Shown here piece by piece: positions 27,660 through 34,547 of a stretch of 64,000 nt of DNA (positions within the stretch are counted from its first letter, which is position 1; every line of letters starts with the position of its first letter). The notes below the pieces were generated by a model, which had not been told where the DNA came from, ran no database searches, and saw only the letters and a program-made list of their open reading frames with translations. This DNA is from Candidatus Woesearchaeota archaeon (lineage in GTDB: Archaea; Nanobdellota; Nanobdellia; Woesearchaeales; GW2011-AR4): contig JACOZN010000010.1 of assembly GCA_016181305.1 (NCBI GenBank), positions 32,001-96,000 on the forward strand. Reading direction: 5' to 3'. A program made the position numbers and the translations under genes.

Positions 27660-29164
27660 TTTCTTTTGTAGATTACGACATTAGTTTCGTTGTTTTCATA
27701 AACCTTTTGGAAATAAGGCAGGTAGTAAGCCATTGCGTCCTTTTTTATCGGACTGTGGACTTTGCTGTTGATGTCCAGAATATAGCCTATTTTTTCCATG
27801 GGGGGCTCAAGGCTTGGCACAAGGTTGTAGCCTGTGCCTCTTGCAGGAAATGACTGCCTTCCAATCCTGTAGCCAAGGCACTGCCCGGGAACAATAAACA
27901 ATGCGTTCTTGCCAGTGTTTTCCTCAACCCACTCAAAATCCTTGTCAAGATTTTTCCATTGATGGGTTATTACTGCGGATTTGACGGCCTCTGAAACAGA
28001 AAATACAAAAATGAATAAAACCAGAAAAGCAACTGCAATTGTCTTATTCAGCTTGAGCAGCCTCTTGATTCCGAATGCCCACAAAATGCCGAGAAACGGC
28101 ACAGCTGTGAGCATGTACCTTGTTGATGTGTTGCCGTAATTGAACTGGTAAAAGTAGAGGAAGAACAGGTAGGGCAGCACAACCCAGAGCGCAAGCCGGA
28201 AATTTTTATTTCTGAAGCACTTCTTTTTGAAAATGAATAAAAGCGGCACCAAGGATATGATTGTAAAAACAACCCACAGGGCTATCCCGGTACTGAACAG
28301 ATTATTTCTGAACAAAAACAGATTTTCGTATTTTCCATCCGGGACTCCAAACAATGCAAGATGAACCTCTATGTAAGCGTCCTGCACATTAAGCATGTAA
28401 GCAAGCTTGTCGGGCTTGAAGTCGTGGGCTGACTTGTAATAGCCGCCAAAAAAGGAATTGAGAAACGGCCAGACCGGGTTGTGCAGCAGCGTGTAATTTC
28501 TTGCATACCATGGAGATGCAACCAAAAATCCTATCATGAAAAAAACGAGAAATTTGCCAAAAAAATTTTTCCTGTATTTTCTGAAGATAAGGTAGGCAAG
28601 GGCAGGCGCCATGAACAAGGAGTTTATCCTGCCAAGCAATGAAAGCCCGAATGCAATGGACGAGAAGTAAAACCTGCCAATAAGCAAAAGGTAAAAGCTA
28701 AGCAAGGCGAAAAACGCGCCTGCCATGTCTATGTGCGCTGTTGTCGAGTGGTAGGTGCTCAAAGGCAGGAATGATGTGAATATTACTGCAAGCAACGCTG
28801 TGTATTTGTCAAAAAGCCTTCTTGAAATCAGGAATGCAAGCACGACCATGCCGCTCCCGAACAAAGGGCTCACCATGCCTATCCCAAGGCTGCCTTTGCC
28901 GAATATCCCGAATAAATTGTAGAGAACTGCCCCTGCAACATGGAACAACGGCTCATGCGCAAATATCTCCCTCCCGATGTAGTCAAAAAGCGGGAACCTC
29001 AGATTCTTGGCGAGGAAGCTTGCCGCAGAGGCGTGGTAGCAGGGATCGCCGCCCTCGATTGTGTAGGAAGCGATGGCAAACCTCAGGATAACGGCAAAAA
29101 TGATTATGGATATAGTTAATTTCGAAATGAAATCTTGCTCTCTGAAATTTTTTATTATATTCAT
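27656..29164 (-). CDS. GT39/ArnT-like (PMT-family) multi-TM glycosyltransferase
   Basis: 'GGDPCYH', 'HEPLFH', 'AHIDMAG', 'SPWYARN' and a TM pattern with C-terminal extracellular domain. Confidence 0.78.
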   Translation of the reverse strand: MNIIKNFREQDFISKLTISIIIFAVILRFAIASYTIEGGDPCYHASAASFLAKNLRFPLFDYIGREIFAHEPLFHVAGAVLYNLFGIFGKGSLGIGMVSPLFGSGMVVLAFLISRRLFDKYTALLAVIFTSFLPLSTYHSTTAHIDMAGAFFALLSFYLLLIGRFYFSSIAFGLSLLGRINSLFMAPALAYLIFRKYRKNFFGKFLVFFMIGFLVASPWYARNYTLLHNPVWPFLNSFFGGYYKSAHDFKPDKLAYMLNVQDAYIEVHLALFGVPDGKYENLFLFRNNLFSTGIALWVVFTIISLVPLLFIFKKKCFRNKNFRLALWVVLPYLFFLYFYQFNYGNTSTRYMLTAVPFLGILWAFGIKRLLKLNKTIAVAFLVLFIFVFSVSEAVKSAVITHQWKNLDKDFEWVEENTGKNALFIVPGQCLGYRIGRQSFPARGTGYNLVPSLEPPMEKIGYILDINSKVHSPIKKDAMAYYLPYFQKVYENNETNVVIYKRK

Positions 29165-29200
29165 CTATCCTCGGCATTGGCGCATGTTTTATAATGTTTT

Positions 29201-29216
29201 CGGAAACATTTAAATA
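29201..29216 (+). promoter_or_regulatory. Archaeal BRE/TATA for the FkbH-like gene
   Basis: CGGAAACA-TTTAAATA ending 24 bp before ATG 29240. Confidence 0.6.
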
Positions 29217-29239
29217 GTAAACTCTATACTTTTCGGCTG

Positions 29240-30298
29240 ATGAAGAGGATAAAGGTTGTTGTGTGGGACGGCGACAACACGCTCTGGAACGGGACTGTTT
29301 TCTATAAGGACAAGGAGAATGTAAGCCTGAAGCCCGGCACAAAAGAGGCTTTGAAGGAGCTTGACAAAAGAGGCATAAAAAGCACGATATGCAGCAAAAA
29401 TTATTATGAGGACGTTGAGTCGATTCTTAAAAAATTTGAGATTGCAAAATATTTCCAGCACCCCCAAATTGGGTGGGGGCTGAAATCAGACGCGATAAAG
29501 AATCTCGCAGGAACGTTCAATGCGCAGTTTGACGAGATGATCTTTGTCGACGATGACCCGTTCCAGCGCGCAGAGGTTGCATCGCAAATACCGGGCATAA
29601 ACATAGTGCCGATTGACGACCCGATAGACATACTCGGACTGGAGGGGGTCATGCCCCTGAATGCAAGCGAAGAGGACAGGAAAAGGGTGCAGCTACTGAA
29701 AGAGCAGAGGAACAGGGAGGAGGCTGAAAAAAATTTCAAAGGGGATTACAGGGATTTCCTGAAGCAGTGCAGCATGGTCATGACCGTTAGGCCGATAGAA
29801 GAGGAAGACTGGACAAGGGTAACCCAGTTGCTGAACAGGACAAACGAATTGAATGCGACGGCAAACAGGTACACCCTGGAGCAGCTAAAGGGGTCTTATG
29901 AAAAAAATAACGATGTCATAATGGTTGTTGAATTAAAGGACGTGTTTGGGGACTACGGAATCATTGCAGAGACTATACTGGAAAACAGGGATTACGGGTG
30001 GTTTGTAAGGGACTTGGCGGTTTCGTGTAGAACAATGGGCAGGGGCATTGGAAGCGCATTGGTTGTTGCTGTGCTGAACTATGCAAAGGAAAACGGCATC
30101 AAAAAAGTTGTCGGGAGGCTTGTCGAAACAGAGTCAAACTGGCGCATCAGGCCGCTTTACGAAAAGCGCAATTTCAGGAAAATCTCGTCTGACGACAAGG
30201 CAACATCGTATGAGTTTGACCTGTACAAAGACGAGATGCCCGAGTACCCCCCGTGGATGAAGGTTAATTTCCTTATGAAAGAGATTGCGAAGGAATAG
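29240..30298 (+). CDS. FkbH/BryA-family protein (HAD-IIIC phosphatase + GNAT-like domain)
   Basis: 'VVWDGDNTLW', 'CSKN', 'FVDDDPFQRAEV', 'QLLNRTNELN', 'DVFGDYG', 'VSCRTMGRGI' motifs. Confidence 0.85.
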   Translation: MKRIKVVVWDGDNTLWNGTVFYKDKENVSLKPGTKEALKELDKRGIKSTICSKNYYEDVESILKKFEIAKYFQHPQIGWGLKSDAIKNLAGTFNAQFDEMIFVDDDPFQRAEVASQIPGINIVPIDDPIDILGLEGVMPLNASEEDRKRVQLLKEQRNREEAEKNFKGDYRDFLKQCSMVMTVRPIEEEDWTRVTQLLNRTNELNATANRYTLEQLKGSYEKNNDVIMVVELKDVFGDYGIIAETILENRDYGWFVRDLAVSCRTMGRGIGSALVVAVLNYAKENGIKKVVGRLVETESNWRIRPLYEKRNFRKISSDDKATSYEFDLYKDEMPEYPPWMKVNFLMKEIAKE

Positions 30299-30503
30299 TT
30301 TTGTTTTTTATTCTATTATTTTAATTTTTATTTGGGTATCGCGCACCTCACATTGATGCAAATAAGCTTGTAAAAATTAGTTTATACAATTGAAAATATG
30401 CCAAAAAACAAGAGATAGTATTATTTGATAGTATTATTTATTTTCTATATTGTAAATTACTCTAAAATCCGATTTATTTTCCATATTGTTTTCAATATTG
30501 AAG

Positions 30504-31598
30504 TTAATTTAACTTGCTTGTAAGAACCTTAAAAATCCTTTCTGCTGCTTTGCCGTCCCAAAACTGCGGTATTTTGGCTTTAACGGCATCTCCTTTGATA
30601 AGCCTTTGGCATACCCTGGTAATTTTTGCCTTATCTGTGCTTACTACCATGTTAGTGCCTTGGCTTATGGTCACGGGCCTTTCCGTGTTGTTCCTTAAAG
30701 TCACGCAGGGCACTCCAAGAACAGTAGTTTCTTCCTGAATGCCTCCTGAGTCAGTAAGCACAAACCTGCTGCCTGACATGAGGCACAAAAAGTCAAGATA
30801 ACCCAATGGCTTTGTTATTATGAGATTATCGATGCTTCTGATTCTTTTGTCCAGCCCAAATGACTCCAGGTTTTTTTTTGTCCTTGGATGCAAAGGAAAT
30901 ACTATTTTTATTTTTGCGCCTATGGCTTCCAGAATATCCAGTATGTTTTCAAAGGACTTCCTATTATCTACATTGCTTGGCCTGTGCAGGGTTAAAACAC
31001 AATAACCTTTTTTACGCAGCTTTAACTGCCCAAGTATTTTGGATTTTTCAGCTTTTTTCCTGTGGCTCAGTAAAGTGTCAATCATCACATTGCCGACAAA
31101 AAAGATTTTGTCCCTGCTTATGCCTTCATTTAAAAGGTTTTTATTCGCGCTTTTTTCAGTTGTAAACAAAAAATCGCTTATTTTGTCCGTGCGTATGCGG
31201 TTGATTTCCTCGGGCATGGTGTTGTCAAAGCTCCTTAATCCTGCCTCAACATGCGCAACCTTAATGCCCAATTCATGCGCTGCCTCTGCCCCGGCAACTG
31301 TTGAATTTACATCCCCCACAACAATAACTAAGTCGGGCTTTTGCCTTTCAAGCGCAACTTTGATTATTTTTTTAAGAAAGCTTCTTTGCTCATCCACTCC
31401 AATGCCCGTTTGGCAGACTAAGTGTTCATCCGGTTTTGGCAATCCAAGCTCCTCAAAAAAAAGCCTGCTCATGGAAAAATCATAGTGCTGCCCGGTATGA
31501 ATCAAAACATGCCCTATTTTATGCCTCTTGAACTCAGTAACCAGCGGAGCTATCTTCATAAAATTCGGCCTTGTGCCGACAATGCTTGCAATTTTCAT
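30504..31598 (-). CDS. wecB: UDP-N-acetylglucosamine 2-epimerase (non-hydrolysing)
   Basis: 'VGTRPNFMK', 'HTGQHYD', 'VGDVNST', 'HVEAGLRS', 'PEEINR', 'TLHRPSN', 'TDSGGIQEE' motifs. Start at ATG 31598. Confidence 0.93.
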   Translation of the reverse strand: MKIASIVGTRPNFMKIAPLVTEFKRHKIGHVLIHTGQHYDFSMSRLFFEELGLPKPDEHLVCQTGIGVDEQRSFLKKIIKVALERQKPDLVIVVGDVNSTVAGAEAAHELGIKVAHVEAGLRSFDNTMPEEINRIRTDKISDFLFTTEKSANKNLLNEGISRDKIFFVGNVMIDTLLSHRKKAEKSKILGQLKLRKKGYCVLTLHRPSNVDNRKSFENILDILEAIGAKIKIVFPLHPRTKKNLESFGLDKRIRSIDNLIITKPLGYLDFLCLMSGSRFVLTDSGGIQEETTVLGVPCVTLRNNTERPVTISQGTNMVVSTDKAKITRVCQRLIKGDAVKAKIPQFWDGKAAERIFKVLTSKLN

Positions 31599-31648
31599 CG
31601 GGAAAAGCAACCCAAATATATTTAAATAGTTTCCTATTGCAGGATAGC

Positions 31649-32785
31649 ATGAAAAAAACCAGGATAGCGAGCGTAATCCCGCCTCATGTAACAACGCAGT
31701 CATTTGTAAACCTCTCAAAAGTCTATTCCTACATCTCAAAAAAATACAATGCCGAGATAACGGTGTTTGCTGATGACAAGCTGGATTACAAGCCAAAAAG
31801 CCTGAAAACAAGGAGGGTTTTCGGGATTGACGGCCATTTCGGGCTGTACAAGATTTTGTTTTTTCTTGGCTTGCCCAGGTTTTATTATCCAAGGCTTGTA
31901 GAGGAGCTTGATGGCTTTGATGTCATAGAGTCAAGCACTCCGGAGTTTTACATCTATGCCCTGCAGGCTTACCATGCAGCAAAGAGATATAAATCGAGGC
32001 TGGTTTTAAGAACAAGCCAAACGACATACGATTTTTTCCTGTTTCCGTACACAAAGTTCATAGCGTTGTATTTTGCGATAAAAGCCTGCAGATTCGCGTC
32101 GTGCCTCTGCTTCACACATCCTGAATCAAGGGACGCATATAAAAAAATGGGGCTGATTAAGGGAGATGCAGGCAAAAAAATCAGGATTATAGGGCACGGA
32201 GTTGACACAAAAATATTCAGGCCGCTTAACCTTAAAAAAGACGGCAAAAAAACAATCCTGCTTTCAGTGGCTGCCATGATAAAAGTCAAGGGGCACCAGA
32301 ATATAATAAAAGCCGCCAAGATTCTTGCTGATAAAAACCACAAAAACATTGAGCTGTGGATTGTCGGGGACGGAAACTACAAAAAGGAGCTTGAGGAGCT
32401 TGCTGAAAATCTTGGGATAGCAAATCATGTGAAGTTTCTTGGCGCTTTGCCGCACAGCCGGCTTGTTGAAATTTACAACAGAGCGCATATATTTGTTTTC
32501 AGCAATCTTACAGATGTGACTCCTGCTGTGAGCGAAGCCATGCTGTGCAGCCTGCCTGTTGTGGCTGCCAGGTGCAGCGGACTGGCTTTTGTAATCCCTT
32601 CTGGAAAGCATGGAATTATAACAAAGCACAATGATGCAGAGGACTTGGCTAGGGGCATAGAGAAATTAATGGCAGATAAAATGCTGCAGAATAAACTGGC
32701 TAAAAATGCAAGAAAATATATTTTGGAAAATTTTTCCATAGAGAAGGTTGGCGACAAGCTTTACAGGGCCTATATTGGGAAATAA
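31649..32785 (+). CDS. GT4 glycosyltransferase
   Basis: 'HGVDTKIF', 'VAAMIKVKGH', 'WIVGDG', 'SEAMLCSLPVVA' motifs. Start at ATG 31649. Confidence 0.88.
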   Translation: MKKTRIASVIPPHVTTQSFVNLSKVYSYISKKYNAEITVFADDKLDYKPKSLKTRRVFGIDGHFGLYKILFFLGLPRFYYPRLVEELDGFDVIESSTPEFYIYALQAYHAAKRYKSRLVLRTSQTTYDFFLFPYTKFIALYFAIKACRFASCLCFTHPESRDAYKKMGLIKGDAGKKIRIIGHGVDTKIFRPLNLKKDGKKTILLSVAAMIKVKGHQNIIKAAKILADKNHKNIELWIVGDGNYKKELEELAENLGIANHVKFLGALPHSRLVEIYNRAHIFVFSNLTDVTPAVSEAMLCSLPVVAARCSGLAFVIPSGKHGIITKHNDAEDLARGIEKLMADKMLQNKLAKNARKYILENFSIEKVGDKLYRAYIGK

Positions 32786-32790
32786 AGGCG

Positions 32791-32806
32791 AAGAAAGCTT
32801 TAAATA
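32791..32806 (+). promoter_or_regulatory. Archaeal BRE/TATA for the small YIDP protein gene
   Basis: AAGAAAGC-TTTAAATA ending 25 bp before ATG 32831. Confidence 0.55.
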
Positions 32807-32830
32807 GTACTATTCCACCCATAAAACAAA

Positions 32831-33058
32831 ATGAGAAGCAGAAATTTCAGATTTTTGTTTGTAATTGCAAGCTTTGCAGGCCTGGCTGCAAGCGCCTCTG
32901 CATACATAGACCCAAGCACAGGAGGGGTTTTGCTCAACACAATATGGCCCTTCGTTGTTGCCGTTTTCTCCGCGATACTGGCTTTTTTTGTGAAGTGGTT
33001 CTGGAAGCCAATCAAGAAAACTTTTGGGAGACTGAAAGGCGAGGCAAAGGGCAAATAA
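32831..33058 (+). CDS. Small membrane protein with signal peptide and 'AYIDP-x-TG' motif
   Basis: 75 aa: signal-like N-terminus ending ASA, then YIDPSTGG, one TM helix and a basic tail. Has its own TATA box. Confidence 0.7.
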   Translation: MRSRNFRFLFVIASFAGLAASASAYIDPSTGGVLLNTIWPFVVAVFSAILAFFVKWFWKPIKKTFGRLKGEAKGK

Positions 33059-33850
33059 TCACTCTGGATTGTAGAATTTTCTTATGCTTTTATTCTTCAC
33101 CCATTTAATCGCTTTTTCATAATCCTCATTGGTGTCGAATTCCATCCAGCCGTGCTTGATTGGCACAGGATACACTTTCTGCCCTGAATTTATTATCAGC
33201 TGGAGCATGTCAGTCATGTAAAGCTTTTTGAATGACCTGGAGTTCATGAACCTTTCATCTTTGCCCCAGTAAATCCTTTTGCTTTTATTGTATAATTTTT
33301 TCAAAACAGCAATGCCTTTTTCTGAGAACTTTATTAAGCCGACGTACCTGAAATTTGCCTTGCTAAGGGGGCAGTCTGGAACGCCAACTTCGACAATGCT
33401 GCCGTCTTTTCCAATTACAAGGCTTTCTGTATCCTCCTGCCATTTTTTGCCAAGCCTTGCCTTCCAATAATCCAAGTAATCAATGTCAACTGCAACCCCT
33501 ATGTCAACAGGCGCTTCAATCACCTGCTTTGCGATTCTTTTTTCATACAATATGTCGCCATAGCACACAAGAATGCCGTCATTTAATTCTTTCCCGGCGC
33601 ACATAAGGCTGGCAACCATATTTGTGCTTGCGTAATTCGCATTGTGGCAATAGTCTGCATTCTTTATTTTTATTTTATCTTTCATGTAACCTGTTACAAT
33701 GACGATTTCATTAATGCCGCAGGCTCTCAAAGTTTCAACCTGCCTTTCAATCAGCGTTTTTCCGTTGAAATTGAGCATGCACTTAGGCAGAGTCTTTGTG
33801 TACTTGTCCAATCTTGTGCCCATGCCAGCTGCGAGGATTATGGATTTCAT
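33059..33850 (-). CDS. LicC-like NTP transferase; putative CTP:phosphoglutamine cytidylyltransferase (Cj1416-like)
   Basis: 'IILAAGMGTRL...PKCML', 'TNMVASL', 'YGDILYE', 'GWMEFDTNEDY' motifs, in an operon with Cj1417- and Cj1418-like genes. Confidence 0.78.
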   Translation of the reverse strand: MKSIILAAGMGTRLDKYTKTLPKCMLNFNGKTLIERQVETLRACGINEIVIVTGYMKDKIKIKNADYCHNANYASTNMVASLMCAGKELNDGILVCYGDILYEKRIAKQVIEAPVDIGVAVDIDYLDYWKARLGKKWQEDTESLVIGKDGSIVEVGVPDCPLSKANFRYVGLIKFSEKGIAVLKKLYNKSKRIYWGKDERFMNSRSFKKLYMTDMLQLIINSGQKVYPVPIKHGWMEFDTNEDYEKAIKWVKNKSIRKFYNPE

Positions 33851-33857
33851 CTGAAAA

Positions 33858-34547
33858 CTATTTTTCCCAAAACAATTTTCCTTCAACAAAAGCCTTGACC
33901 AACTTCTTATTTGTCTCCTTATCGCACCCTTCCCTTTCAGGATGCCAAAGAATGCCTGCAATCATGTGCTTTGGATGGTAAAACCCCTCTATAATGCCAT
34001 CATCGGAAACTGCAAAAGGCTTTAATTGCCTTGACAATGTGCTTTTGTCAACGCCCTGCTTGTGGTAGGAGTTCACAACAAATTTCTTACTGCCAAGAAA
34101 TTTTTCAGCTTTTTTGTCCATAATTTGAACATCATGCTTAACGCGCACATGGCTAATGCCTGTTTTTTCCTCAATGTCCTGAACAAGCTTTCCACCGAAA
34201 AAGACGTTGACAAACTGCCCTCCCCTGCATTCCCCAAGCAAAGGCAATTTTCTTTTCAAAGCAATTTCAATAATCTTTTTTTCAGTGGCGTCTCTTTCAT
34301 TTGAAAAATCCCCATTTTTGGGCTTGGCGCCGTAAAGCGCAGGGTTTATGGAATTGCCGCCGCTCAGGATTATTCCCTTTATGGGCATCTCCTTAAAATA
34401 TTTGTCCAGATTCCTGCTTACATTCGGCACAGGAACCAATGCAATGCCGAATTTCTCGTAATACCCGATGTAGTCATTTTCAAGGGCATCTCGGCAAGCG
34501 CCTTTGTCCATTTTCATGCTTCTTTGGGAGATCGCTATGAGCATCAT
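33858..34547 (-). CDS. Class I glutamine amidotransferase / peptidase C26; putative gamma-glutamyl-CDP-amidate hydrolase (Cj1417-like)
   Basis: 'IILSGGN', nucleophile 'GECRGGQ', 'VNSYH', 'WHPER' (Cys-His-Glu triad). Confidence 0.8.
   Translation of the reverse strand: MMLIAISQRSMKMDKGACRDALENDYIGYYEKFGIALVPVPNVSRNLDKYFKEMPIKGIILSGGNSINPALYGAKPKNGDFSNERDATEKKIIEIALKRKLPLLGECRGGQFVNVFFGGKLVQDIEEKTGISHVRVKHDVQIMDKKAEKFLGSKKFVVNSYHKQGVDKSTLSRQLKPFAVSDDGIIEGFYHPKHMIAGILWHPEREGCDKETNKKLVKAFVEGKLFWEK

Noticed and set aside
30414-30439. 13-bp tandem repeat GATAGTATTATTT x2 and weak inverted similarity in the AT-rich spacer 30299-30503
   Set aside because: Only two copies in very AT-rich DNA, with no TIR/TSD and no ACP-like ORF, so chance cannot be excluded.
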